DNA from: Candidatus Spongiisociaceae bacterium
GTDB taxonomy: Bacteria > Actinomycetota > Acidimicrobiia > Spongiisociales > Spongiisociaceae
DNA: 64,000 nt
Assembly: GCA_965219685.1 (NCBI GenBank)
Contig: CBDCOH010000002.1
Location: forward strand, 3,872,001-3,936,000
Direction of reading: 5' to 3'
Below are positions 8,965-18,426 of the stretch, one piece after another; positions within the stretch are counted from its first letter, which is position 1, and each line of letters opens with the position of its first letter. The notes beneath the pieces were generated by a model that saw only the letters and a program-made list of their open reading frames with translations, was not told the origin of the DNA and ran no database searches. The translations under genes were made by a program, and so were the position numbers.

Positions 8965-10101
8965 ATGAAGGTCGCAAGAGTCGAAGCAATCCCGGTCAGC
9001 TACCCGGAACCCAACGACTTCAACGCCATCCGCCATCTCTGCCTGGTGAAGCTCACCGCCGACGACGGGACGGTGGGCTGGGGCGAGTCGGTCACCATGT
9101 GGCCGGAATCCAGTTTCGCCACCAAGTCGATCATCGAGGGGATGGCTGAGCTGGTCATCGGCAGGGATCCTCTCCACAACGACGTGATCTTCCGCTCCCT
9201 GAAGGACCGGGCCTGGTGGTACGGCTACGAAGGTGGAATCGCCAGCTTCGCGATCGCCGCGCTCGACATTGCCCTCTGGGACCTGAAGGGCAAAGCCCTC
9301 GGCGCCAGCGTCCTCGACCTCCTGGGAGGCCCGGTCAACGAGCGGTTGCCGGCCATCGCCTCCTCTCACGCCCACTTCGAGTCGATCCCGGAGATGGCGG
9401 AGGAGGCGGTCGAATGGCTGGCTACCGGGCTCCAGGGAGTGAAGGTGGGATTCGGCAAGCGGGGTAAGGCTCGTCTCGGTTTCGAGCACGACCGGGACGT
9501 CGAGTACGTGCGGCAGATGCGGGAGGCCATCGGACCGCACAGGAGCCTGATGATCGACCTGGGGTGGGTCATCAGATGGGACGTGATGACCGCCATCAAG
9601 AGGACCCAGGCCTTCGACGAGTACGACATCGACTGGATAGAGGAACCCCTCGGCGATTGGGACCCGGAGGGCTACGCCAACCTGCGTTCCAAGACCAAGA
9701 CGCTCATCGCCTACGGCGAGAAGGAGTGGACCATCCGGGGCTTCGAGCGGGTCTTGGCGACCGGGACGGTCGACGTGGTCGGATGCGATCCGGGCAGGGC
9801 GGAGGGCATAACCGGGTTCAAGAGGATGGCGGACCGGGTCGAGCAGCACCGGCGGCAGGCCAACGCCCATGCCTGGTCGTCGTCCATCGTCACCGCGGCC
9901 AGCCTGGCGGTGAGCTTCAGCAGCAGCGCCTGCAAGCTGTTCGAGTTCAAGCCCCTCGAGAACCCGATGCAGCACGAACTTGTTGCAGAGCCGTTCGACC
10001 ACGAGGCCGGATGGGTGTACCCGCCGTTGGGCGCGGGGCTCGGAATCGAAGTCGATGAGAGAGTCGTGGATCGCTACCGCACCGAACGGGTGCTGGGCTG
10101 A
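8965..10101 (+). CDS. Mandelate racemase/muconate lactonizing enzyme family protein (sugar-acid dehydratase-like)
   Basis: GWGE, DIALWDLKGK, WIEEP, GE and GLGIEVD enolase-superfamily motifs. Confidence 0.9.
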   Translation: MKVARVEAIPVSYPEPNDFNAIRHLCLVKLTADDGTVGWGESVTMWPESSFATKSIIEGMAELVIGRDPLHNDVIFRSLKDRAWWYGYEGGIASFAIAALDIALWDLKGKALGASVLDLLGGPVNERLPAIASSHAHFESIPEMAEEAVEWLATGLQGVKVGFGKRGKARLGFEHDRDVEYVRQMREAIGPHRSLMIDLGWVIRWDVMTAIKRTQAFDEYDIDWIEEPLGDWDPEGYANLRSKTKTLIAYGEKEWTIRGFERVLATGTVDVVGCDPGRAEGITGFKRMADRVEQHRRQANAHAWSSSIVTAASLAVSFSSSACKLFEFKPLENPMQHELVAEPFDHEAGWVYPPLGAGLGIEVDERVVDRYRTERVLG

Positions 10102-10124
10102 GCCGCAGCTAGGAAGGAGGGACC

Positions 10125-10892
10125 ATGGCGTGGAGCATCGCTTCCGGACTTGAAGGGAAAGGGGTGATCGTTACCGGAGCCGCCGGAGGGATCGGTCGGG
10201 CCACGGCCGAGGCCTTCGCGACCACCGGCGCGCGGGTGATGGCGGTCGACCTCCACCAGGCAGCCGCGGACGAGGTGGTGGCGGGGATGGAAGGCGAGGG
10301 TCACATCGCAGTGGGCATGGACCTGAGAGACCTCGACGCGCACCGCGCCCTGATCACCCGGGCCTGCGACGAGTTGGGCAGCCTCAAGGCGCTGGCCCAC
10401 CTGGCGGCGGTACTGGCCCGCCAGGACTCCGTGGACGACGTGACGGAGGCCGACTGGGACTTCCAGCTGGACACCAACCTCAAGGCCAGCTTCTTCCTCG
10501 CCCGGTGCGCGGCCGATGCGATGATCGAAGCCGGCGGGGAAGGGAGCATCACGCTGTTCTCCTCCCAGGGATGGTGGACGGGCGGCTTCGGCGGTTCGGT
10601 TGTCTACTGCGCCTCGAAGGGAGGGATCGTCTCGATGACCAGAGGCCTGGCCCGCACCTACGGTCCCCATCAGATCCGCGTCAACGCCATCGCGCCCGGA
10701 CTGGTCGACACCCCCATGCTCATGGACGACCTGGCCCCCGAGGTGTTCGAAGCCCTGAAGGCCGCCACCCCGCTGAAGCGCGTCGCCGATCCCTCCGAAC
10801 TCGGGGGAGTGGTGGTGTTCCTGGCCAGCGACCACGCCTCCTACGTGAGCGGAGCCACCCTCAACGTGAGCGGCGGCTTCCTGATGTACTGA
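10125..10892 (+). CDS. SDR family oxidoreductase
   Basis: AGGAGG SD; TGAAGGIG, YCASK, VSGG. Confidence 0.9.
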   Translation: MAWSIASGLEGKGVIVTGAAGGIGRATAEAFATTGARVMAVDLHQAAADEVVAGMEGEGHIAVGMDLRDLDAHRALITRACDELGSLKALAHLAAVLARQDSVDDVTEADWDFQLDTNLKASFFLARCAADAMIEAGGEGSITLFSSQGWWTGGFGGSVVYCASKGGIVSMTRGLARTYGPHQIRVNAIAPGLVDTPMLMDDLAPEVFEALKAATPLKRVADPSELGGVVVFLASDHASYVSGATLNVSGGFLMY

Positions 10893-11133
10893 TGGGCAAC
10901 GGACCAGACAAGGAGTCTCGGCAAGTGGGCACGAGGGCGGTTCGACCTGATACTGCAATCGAGTCGGACCAGGCCGACCAGGACGCCGAGACTCCGTACG
11001 AGATCTTGAGCCGCTTCGACCTCGGACCGGGTGGGTATGCGGTTGCGTCGGCCAGTAGGGCGAAGGAAGCGGTGGTCAAGGTGATCAGGGAGAAGCACGG
11101 TCGGTGATCCTTATGGATGTCGCTCCTGGGTGA
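10892..11133 (+). pseudogene. Probable TA remnant: antitoxin-like small ORF (10892-11107) plus a 9-codon PIN-toxin stub (11104-11133)
   Basis: GTGA overlap into VILMDVAPG-stop, resembling the VapC N-terminus MILVDxGP; lies just before repeat copy A. Confidence 0.4.
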
Positions 11134-11159
11134 CCGAACTCGGAGCGACGGAGGACGGC

Positions 11160-11395
11160 GACGTGTCACACCCCCGTTGCATACTGGCAAGTAGCTGCAA
11201 ACACCACCGGTCCGTTGCCGGTACCGATCGGACCGGGGCGGGGATCATGTGGGAGCCAACCCTTGCGGGGGATGGCGAGACGCGTTCGTAGACTGCGGAG
11301 GTGGCGGTTGGGGGTGGGCCCGACGGATGGATCCGCCCGGCCGGGGGCGGTTTTCGCGTTCTCGGGTCCCCTTCGGCGGCGGTCCGCTGCGGTGC
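11160..11395 (+). repeat. Dispersed ORF-less structured element, copy A (candidate ncRNA / non-autonomous element)
   Basis: Near-identical to the reverse complement of 36262-36532 and homologous to 25424-25635; starts TGTCAC-N10-CATACT; hairpin CCGGTCCG..CGGACCGG. Confidence 0.8.
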
Positions 11396-11416
11396 TCGTC
11401 CGGGTGGTAGGCCCGG

Positions 11417-12454
11417 CTAGCTCGCCGCGTGGTCCAGTAGGACCTTGCCGATCGTGCGGTCGCTCTGAACGGTGCGCATCGCCGAATCCGCTTGCGTCCA
11501 GGGCAACCGGTGCGTCACCAGCGGGCTGACGGCCGCCGGGTCGCTTGCGATCAACTCCAGCGACCTGGCGAATTGGTCGCGGGATGCGGCGGCGCCCCTG
11601 ATGGTCAGCTCGCGGACCACCACGTCGATGGTGTTCGCCGCCAGCCGAGCCTCCAGACCGATGCCGGTGAGGACCACGGTCGAAGCTGGTGGGGCGATGT
11701 CCAAGGCTTGGGCAACCGCCGCAGAAACGCCGGTTACCTCGATGATGGCGTCTGGCCCGCTGCTCCATCCCGCTTCCACCAGGACATCCTCCAATTCGTC
11801 AGGACTAGCTGTTATCTGCGCTCCCATGGCTTCGCCCAACTCCCTGCGAGCAGGTTCCGGCTCGGAGAGGGCCACCGCCAAGCCCGCCAGCGAGCCGACT
11901 AGTACGGTGAGGAGCCCGGCCGGTCCGCCCCCCAGCACGAGTAGGTGCTGTCCGGCGGTGAGGCCGCTGAGCCTCACGAAGTGGAGGGCGCAAGCGAGGG
12001 GTTCGATGAAGATCGCCTCCTCCGCCACGAGGTCGTCCGGCAGCTTCGTGGTTCGCCACGCCGGAGCGGTGAACAGGTTGGCGAAGCACCCGTCCCGGGT
12101 GATTCCCATGTGCCGGCTGTCCAGGCAAACGTTGGGCAGACCGCGTACGCAGGAGGTGCAGGTTCGGCACGGGAACAGCGGTTCCACCACCACCCGGTCC
12201 CCCAAGCGCGGAACGGAGGCACCGTAGGCGTTCCATCCGTCCCCCGGCCCGACCTCGATCACCTCCGCCACGGACTCATGACCGAGAACCACGGGGAGAG
12301 CCGGCTCCGACACCCCCTCCAGGTAGACGTGGACGTCGGTCGAGCACACCCCGCTGACGATCGGTCTGAGCAGGAACTCTCCCCGGCCGGGCGCGGGATC
12401 GGGCAGATCGATGACACCACCCGAGCCGACCCCGGTCATCTGAAAGGCCCTCAT
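11417..12454 (-). CDS. Zinc-dependent medium-chain alcohol/polyol dehydrogenase
   Basis: GVCSTD, GHE, CxxCxxC..C structural Zn site, GGGPAG. Confidence 0.9.
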   Translation of the reverse strand: MRAFQMTGVGSGGVIDLPDPAPGRGEFLLRPIVSGVCSTDVHVYLEGVSEPALPVVLGHESVAEVIEVGPGDGWNAYGASVPRLGDRVVVEPLFPCRTCTSCVRGLPNVCLDSRHMGITRDGCFANLFTAPAWRTTKLPDDLVAEEAIFIEPLACALHFVRLSGLTAGQHLLVLGGGPAGLLTVLVGSLAGLAVALSEPEPARRELGEAMGAQITASPDELEDVLVEAGWSSGPDAIIEVTGVSAAVAQALDIAPPASTVVLTGIGLEARLAANTIDVVVRELTIRGAAASRDQFARSLELIASDPAAVSPLVTHRLPWTQADSAMRTVQSDRTIGKVLLDHAAS

Positions 12455-12547
12455 CCAGCTACCTCCCCTTCGACAGTCCCGGGATCACGCCCGAACTCCC
12501 TAGATGATGGATGCTAATGCTAACCATAACTACCAACGACCAACTAC

Positions 12548-13498
12548 CTACACCATGGCAATGGGCCGCATGGCGAAACCTCCGGTGATGCCCCGCAGTT
12601 TGGGCAACAGGGCCACGTAGCAGAACTCGTATCTCCGGTCCGCGGCCAACTGTTCGAGATAGTGGAGTTCCGCGATGTGGACCCCGTGGTCCACCAGCAG
12701 GTACTCGTGGACAGGGTGCCAGCTGTCACCGTCCACCGCCGGGAACACCTCCAGCATCGAAGTGTCGCTGCCGACTAGGACGGAGCCGTGCTCCTCGATG
12801 AGCCAACGGGCAGCCGCCAGGTTCAACCCGGAAGTATCCGGGCCCCTCAGCTTCTCGTGGTCAGAGCCGGCCTCACCCCACGATCCCAGCGAGCCGGTCC
12901 GGATCAGTACGACATCTCCCACTCGCAGTTCCACCTGCTGGCCGGCCGCAGCGGCCTGCAGATCCTCCGGGCCGATGGCGGTTCCCGGCGCCAGGACCTC
13001 GACCCCGTGCAGCGAGGCGATGTCGAGAAGCACCCCGCGGGCGACTATCGGCGGCGTCGTGTCGGCGCTCGCCTTTCGCGGGCCGAAGTCCCCACCGTCC
13101 TCCGACCAGGTGTAGCCGTTGTACCACTGGTCGCCACCGCCGGTGGTCAGGTGACCGAGGCCGTCGATATGAGTCCCGATGTGATCCGAGCAGATCACGA
13201 GGCCCGAGATGAACGCCATTTCCTTGGTGTTCGTGGACGGATCGAGCATCGGGATGTCCTGCTGGCGCTTGGCCCGTGCCGGTGTACGGAACGAAGCGAC
13301 CTCCGTCGCCGGATGGACCGGCGAACGGAACGATGTCCGGTCGATTGGGAGCCCGAGATCGTACATCCGCCCCTCGGCGACAAGGGCCAGGGCAGCCAGC
13401 ACGGAGGACGGAGAGATGGCGTTGAGCGCCCCGATCTCGTCGTCTTCGCCCCACGACCAGCCCCACCCGATCCCTTTGCGCCAGCCCCGTTCCGTCAT
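12548..13498 (-). CDS. Cyclase family protein (kynurenine formamidase-like metal hydrolase)
   Basis: WGEDDEIGALN, HIGTHIDGLGH, RGVLLD, GDVVLIRTG, PVH motifs. Confidence 0.9.
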   Translation of the reverse strand: MTERGWRKGIGWGWSWGEDDEIGALNAISPSSVLAALALVAEGRMYDLGLPIDRTSFRSPVHPATEVASFRTPARAKRQQDIPMLDPSTNTKEMAFISGLVICSDHIGTHIDGLGHLTTGGGDQWYNGYTWSEDGGDFGPRKASADTTPPIVARGVLLDIASLHGVEVLAPGTAIGPEDLQAAAAGQQVELRVGDVVLIRTGSLGSWGEAGSDHEKLRGPDTSGLNLAAARWLIEEHGSVLVGSDTSMLEVFPAVDGDSWHPVHEYLLVDHGVHIAELHYLEQLAADRRYEFCYVALLPKLRGITGGFAMRPIAMV

Positions 13499-13626
13499 AC
13501 GGGGTGGCGGCCCGGAAGGTCATCCATCTGACCTCACCTCCAAACGCCTGGGCCTTACGATTCTCCGAGTCTTAACCGACGATAGTTCGTTGTCCGTTGT
13601 CCGGGCATCGGCTAACGGGCAGCGGA

Positions 13627-13696
13627 TGAGTGGTGAGTGGTGAGTGGTGAGTGGTGAGTGGTGAGTGGTGAGTGGTGAGTGGTGAATGGTGAATGA
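13627..13696. repeat. Heptamer tandem repeat (TGAGTGG)x8 plus 2 degenerate units
   Basis: Directly visible, intergenic; preceded by a CGTTGTC-based hairpin at ~13587-13626. Confidence 0.95.
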
Positions 13697-13777
13697 CTCT
13701 GGAGGGTACTCGACTACCGAGCCAGGACCGACCACGATGAGCTAGCCAGGTGTGGCAACGGGAAACGGCCCACGCCG

Positions 13778-13811
13778 CCGGCCCCCGCGCCGTGAGGGAC
13801 GCGGGGGCCGG
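13778..13811 (-). terminator. GC-rich stem-loop downstream of the solute-binding protein gene (terminator or mRNA stabiliser)
   Basis: Perfect 12-bp IR CCGGCCCCCGCG-N10-CGCGGGGGCCGG. Confidence 0.55.
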
Positions 13812-13856
13812 TTTGCCGGTTGGGCCGATCTACTGAACGACTGCCCTGTCGCTCTC

Positions 13857-15284
13857 CTAGAAGCCCGGTACTCCGAGGTCTGCGCAGGACTGCGCGAAGG
13901 CGCTGTCCATGGCCTCGGCGATCTCCTGGGCGGTCTTCTGGCCTACGAAGAGCTCTGACAGGAAGGTGAACAGGTCACCGAACGAGCAGAGCAGTCGCGG
14001 GTCGAGCGCTGCCGCCGCCGGGTACTCGCTGGCGGCTGCCTGGCCCGTCTTCACAGGTGTCGGCAACGCGTCGGGATCCGGCACCGGGTGGTTGGGATAT
14101 CTCGACGGCTCGAGAGCCTTCTCAAGATACAACGGATAGCCCTCGCCGGTTATGTACTCGACGTATGCACGGGCCGCGGCCTCACGTTCCGAGTCGCCTG
14201 TCTTCGGGAGCAGGACTCCCCAGTGGTCCGCTCCGTAGAGCCAGACGGCTGTCTCGGCGTAGGAGATCGGCAGGAAACCGACCTTTTCCTCCACCGCCTC
14301 GGGCCCGAAGGCCCCCAGCAGGTCCGGGATGCAGAAGGATGCGCAGGCCCAGATGGCGCCCTCGTCCTCCATGAAGCTGGTCATCGACGTCGAGAAGTCG
14401 ATCGCCTCGGCGTTCTCCTGGAAGCAGTCGGCGTCCTTCATGTCGCGCAGCGCCTGGAGCCGCTTGACGAACTCGGGATCGGTGAAGCTGGCCTGGCCGC
14501 CCTGGAGCCGCTCGACCAGGTCGGGATTGGCGACCAGGTAGTCGGCGATCATCGCCTGCTGGACGACCCATCCCATGAACGTGGAGGCCTCGCCGATGAT
14601 CACGGGCGTCGTGCCGGCGTCGCGGGCCGCGCTGCAGAACGAGAGCATCTCGTCCAGCGTGCCCGGAAGCTCGAGACCCAGGTCCGCTACCACCTTCTTG
14701 TTGTACAGCATCCCGTTCACCGTCGGCGCGGTCAACGGCGCCCAGTAGCGGACACCGTCGATCACCCCGAACGGGGAGAGTGCGGGAGTGATGTTGTCGG
14801 TGAAGGCCATGCCGTCCACCGACAGGAGGTTCTCGGCCGGATTGAGCGTTGCTATGACGCTCGAGAATCCCTCTAGGTAGAGGATGTCCGGCCGCTCACC
14901 CGCCGCCCATCGCGGCAGGACGTTGTCCGACGCGGTCGGCGGGATCATCGTGACCTCGATCGTGGCCCCGGTCAGTTCCTGGAACCCCTCGGTTATGGCG
15001 TCGATGCCCGCCTGGTCCCAGTTGGGCCGCCACAGTTGAAGCTCCACACCCTCGAACGGCAGCGCAGGCTCCTCCTCGGTCATCGCCGTGGTATCCGGCG
15101 CCGCGGTCGTGGTGGGGGCCTCCGTTGCTTCGGTTGCCGCCACCGTTGCTTCGGTTGCGGCCACCGTTGCCTGGGTCGTGGCCACGGTCGTGGTGACCTC
15201 GGCCTCGTCCTCGCCGCATGCGAACGCGACCAAGGCCATGGCTACTCCAAGAATGATCAGGCGTGTAGTTGGTTTCTGTCCCAC
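13857..15284 (-). CDS. Carbohydrate ABC transporter substrate-binding lipoprotein (family 1)
   Basis: Lipobox FAC, T/A/E-rich linker, LYNK motif; operonic with two permeases. Confidence 0.9.
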   Translation of the reverse strand: MGQKPTTRLIILGVAMALVAFACGEDEAEVTTTVATTQATVAATEATVAATEATEAPTTTAAPDTTAMTEEEPALPFEGVELQLWRPNWDQAGIDAITEGFQELTGATIEVTMIPPTASDNVLPRWAAGERPDILYLEGFSSVIATLNPAENLLSVDGMAFTDNITPALSPFGVIDGVRYWAPLTAPTVNGMLYNKKVVADLGLELPGTLDEMLSFCSAARDAGTTPVIIGEASTFMGWVVQQAMIADYLVANPDLVERLQGGQASFTDPEFVKRLQALRDMKDADCFQENAEAIDFSTSMTSFMEDEGAIWACASFCIPDLLGAFGPEAVEEKVGFLPISYAETAVWLYGADHWGVLLPKTGDSEREAAARAYVEYITGEGYPLYLEKALEPSRYPNHPVPDPDALPTPVKTGQAAASEYPAAAALDPRLLCSFGDLFTFLSELFVGQKTAQEIAEAMDSAFAQSCADLGVPGF

Positions 15285-15345
15285 TGCTTACTCCTCTCGG
15301 CTGGTGGGTTAGTGGTTTCTGGGGGAAAGGCCTTTGGGGTCATGC

Positions 15346-16194
15346 CTACCGCTCGGTTCCGCTCAGGCCATGGACCATGTACTTCTGGACGAAATAGAAG
15401 ATGGCGATCATCGGGACGCTCGTCACCACAACGTCTGCGAAAACGAGGTTCCACTTGTAGGACGCGGCGGCCGTCGATCCGGTGGCGAACCGGAACAGGG
15501 AAAGGATGAGCGTGTTGTTGTCCGGATCGTTGAGCAGCATGAAAGGGTTCAGGAAGTCGTTCCAGACCGCCACCATCACGATCACCGTCGTGGTTATCAG
15601 GGCGGGCCGCAGCAACGGGATGATTATCCGGACGAGGATGTCGATGTTGGAGGCCCCGTCGATTCGCGCCGCCTCCTCGAGGTGGCGGGGAATGGTGCGG
15701 ATGAACCCGATCATCAGGAAGACGCCGAGCGGGATGAAGAGCGCCGCATAGAACAGACCCAGCCCGAGTAGCCCGCCGTAGATCCCGATCCGCTTGAGGG
15801 TGAAGATCGTCGCCACGATCGCCGGCGGGACGACCAGGCCGACCAGCATCGCGTACCGCAGCGGGGTGAGCAGGCGAGACGAACTCCGCACCATGGCCCA
15901 GGATGCCGCAGCAGAGAGGACCAGGATCAGCGGGATCGCGATCGCCAGAACGATGGCGTTGTTCAGGAACCCTTGGACCAGTTCCCCCTCCGCGAAGACC
16001 ACCCCGTAGTTCTCGGTGGCCATCCAGGCCTCGGGCAGACCCAGGCTGGGCGACACCGTCTCCTGGTAGGGCTTGAGGGAGTTGACGATGACGACCCAGA
16101 TCGGCGCCCCGACCACCACTATGGCAACCACCGCCAGCACGCCCACCCGCGTACTTCCTGCCAGCCGGCGCAGCGGGAGCCGGGTGGTGGTCAT
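15346..16194 (-). CDS. Carbohydrate ABC transporter permease (MalG-like)
   Basis: EEAARIDGAS EAA loop, WNDF, QKYMVHGL. Confidence 0.92.
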   Translation of the reverse strand: MTTTRLPLRRLAGSTRVGVLAVVAIVVVGAPIWVVIVNSLKPYQETVSPSLGLPEAWMATENYGVVFAEGELVQGFLNNAIVLAIAIPLILVLSAAASWAMVRSSSRLLTPLRYAMLVGLVVPPAIVATIFTLKRIGIYGGLLGLGLFYAALFIPLGVFLMIGFIRTIPRHLEEAARIDGASNIDILVRIIIPLLRPALITTTVIVMVAVWNDFLNPFMLLNDPDNNTLILSLFRFATGSTAAASYKWNLVFADVVVTSVPMIAIFYFVQKYMVHGLSGTER

Positions 16195-17153
16195 AGGGTC
16201 ACCTCGCTACGGCGTAGCTTGGCTACCAGGCCGATCATCAGGAGGAAGATCGATCCATACAGGACGGTGCTGAGAGCTGCGGCGGATGCGAACCGACCCT
16301 CCCCGAATTCCTGGATGATCAGGAAGTTGAGTACTTCGGTCGTCCTCCCGGGGCCGCCGTCGGTCAGCACCACGATGGTCTCGAAGACGTTCAGGGAGAC
16401 GATCAGGGAGACGACGACCGCGAAGGTCATCGCCGGCGCCAGCAGCGGCAGCTTGACGTACCGGATCAGGGCGATCGGTCCGGCGCCGTCGATCTTCGCC
16501 GCGTCGATCGCATCCGTCGGGATCGAGATGAGCCCGGCCAGGAACACGATCAGGATCATCGGGAACCAGCGCCAAGCCGTGGCAAGAGCGACGACGGCGA
16601 GGGTCAGTGTGCCGCTTCCGAGCCATGGGATCTCTATATCATTACCGATCATGGTCGACAGGACCGTGTTCACGGTTCCTTTGAGCCCGAGCAGAGCACG
16701 GAAGACAAACCCGGCCGCCAAGGGCGACAAGACCAGTGGCACTAGGAACACGGTGCGCAATATCCGGTTGCTACGAGTGTTGCGCTCGAGACCCAGGGCG
16801 AGGAGGAGCGAACCCACAACCATCGCTCCTGCGCAGATGACGGTGAACTGCAACGTGCGGAAGATCGTCGGCCAGAGCAGGCCGTTCTGGTCGAGTCGGC
16901 GGTAGTTCTCCAGTCCTATCCACTCCAGATCCGACCTGAACGCCGTCCACGAGAAGAGGGACAGGGCCGCGTTGATGAAGAAGGGCAGTAGATAGAGGCC
17001 GATGACCAGCAGAGACGCCGGCCCGGCCAGTACCACCAGGTCCCGGATGGTGAAGTCACGCAGGGCCCGTTTGCCGGACCGCCCGGCGTCCCCCCGTCCG
17101 GTATCGGATACCGGGCTACGAGTCGCTGAGAGTCGCGTTCTTGAAGAGGCCAC
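16191..17153 (-). CDS. Carbohydrate ABC transporter permease (MalF-like)
   Basis: GLENY, DAAKIDGA, LTDGGPG motifs. Confidence 0.92.
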   Translation of the reverse strand: MASSRTRLSATRSPVSDTGRGDAGRSGKRALRDFTIRDLVVLAGPASLLVIGLYLLPFFINAALSLFSWTAFRSDLEWIGLENYRRLDQNGLLWPTIFRTLQFTVICAGAMVVGSLLLALGLERNTRSNRILRTVFLVPLVLSPLAAGFVFRALLGLKGTVNTVLSTMIGNDIEIPWLGSGTLTLAVVALATAWRWFPMILIVFLAGLISIPTDAIDAAKIDGAGPIALIRYVKLPLLAPAMTFAVVVSLIVSLNVFETIVVLTDGGPGRTTEVLNFLIIQEFGEGRFASAAALSTVLYGSIFLLMIGLVAKLRRSEVTL

Positions 17154-17342
17154 GTTCCTCGCTTACCGAGGCATCCGCCGGTGGATGCAAACTGCAAGGA
17201 GATCGCTGAGTTTGGGTAGCGATCGGATGGGTCGTCGTCTGACCGTGACGTTAACAGGCAACGGGTAACCGGGTACGGGCAAAGACGCGTCCACCCGAGG
17301 TCCCCAAGCCGGTCCCAGATGTTGATCACTAGACGGGTAGCT

Positions 17343-17590
17343 CCAAGGGATGTGACCAGAAGCGACCGAACTCTACGATTTGCTACACAACGCTGTACAA
17401 CACATCTGTAAGTCGTGTGCCCCTGTTCCTGGAGGCGGGCCCCGGGGCTGGCATTTCGTAAGGAGCCACCCGCGGCGCCAACGCGAGACTCCAACAGTGC
17501 TAGGGAGGATGGTAAGTGATCCGAGGTAACGTTAACCGTCGAGCACCAACTAGAAACTATAGACTACCGACTAGGAACTGATCATCTAGG
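17343..17590 (+). promoter_or_regulatory. Duplicated bidirectional regulatory region, copy 2; LacI-like palindrome TACACAACGCTGTACA at 17384-17399
   Basis: Aligns with the reverse complement of 6707-6956; lies between the divergent ABC and SDR operons. Confidence 0.7.
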
Positions 17591-17617
17591 CTTCCGGTGC
17601 GGCGAGAGGGGCTTGAC

Positions 17618-18415
17618 ATGAGGGACGACTTCGCAGGGCAGGTCGTGATCATCACGGGGGCTTGTGGCGGGATAGGCGAAGCGATCGTCAGGTCGTTTGC
17701 CGCGGCCGGAGCAAGCGTCGCTTTGTGTGACACGCGCGAACCGGAGCTTGATGAGTTGACCGGGCAACTGCGGAGCGAGGGGGCAGTGGTCAAGAGCCGA
17801 GTGGTGGATGTAACCGACAACGACGAAGCCGAGGCATTCTGCTCGGCCGTGGTGCGGGACCTGGGATCGATCGACCATCTGATCAACACGGTCGGCGTGG
17901 TCGACCATGTCGGTGACGTGGTGCAGCTCTCGCTCGAGTCCTGGAACAAGTGCCTGTCGACGAACCTCACGTCCGCATTCATAATGGCTAAACACGCCGT
18001 GCCTCACATGATCTCCGCCGGCGGCGGGTCGATAGTCAACATCGCATCGGTGTCGGCCTTCGGCAACCAGTTCGGAGCCATGGCCTACTCGGTTTCCAAG
18101 GCGGGCATGGTGTCTCTCACCAAGAGCGAAGCCGTCGATCTGGCTCAGCACAACATCAGGGCGAACGCGGTCTGTCCGGGATCTGTTTACACCCCGCTGG
18201 TCGATCTGGCGGTCGTGCTGACTGCGGCGGACACGGGACGAACCCCCGATGAGACCCGGGCCGACTGGGAGGAGCAGTACCCGACCGGTCGCTTCTCGCA
18301 TCCCCATGAGGTAGCCGACCTGGTCCTGTTCCTCGGCTCTCCCCGGGCGGCGAACATCACCGGTTCCAGCTTCGTGGTCGACGGGGGTTTGACCGCACTC
18401 CTACCCGAACGGTAG
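17618..18415 (+). CDS. SDR family oxidoreductase
   Basis: TGACGGIG, YSVSK, VVDGG. Confidence 0.9.
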   Translation: MRDDFAGQVVIITGACGGIGEAIVRSFAAAGASVALCDTREPELDELTGQLRSEGAVVKSRVVDVTDNDEAEAFCSAVVRDLGSIDHLINTVGVVDHVGDVVQLSLESWNKCLSTNLTSAFIMAKHAVPHMISAGGGSIVNIASVSAFGNQFGAMAYSVSKAGMVSLTKSEAVDLAQHNIRANAVCPGSVYTPLVDLAVVLTAADTGRTPDETRADWEEQYPTGRFSHPHEVADLVLFLGSPRAANITGSSFVVDGGLTALLPER

Positions 18416-18426
18416 GAGTCCCGAAC

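Noticed and set aside
11160-11395. Classical IS or MITE, or the ORFs overlapping the element (11215-11529, 36183-36608)
   Set aside because: No terminal inverted repeats, target duplication or transposase found; the overlapping ORFs differ in frame and ends between copies and have Arg/Pro-rich shadow composition
13627-13696. Possible CRISPR array
   Set aside because: Contiguous 7-bp units with no spacers, and no cas genes in the window
15110-15195. 21-bp tandem repeats in solute-binding protein genes (also ~51590-51700)
   Set aside because: In-frame low-complexity Thr/Ala/Glu lipoprotein linkers, common in this type of organism
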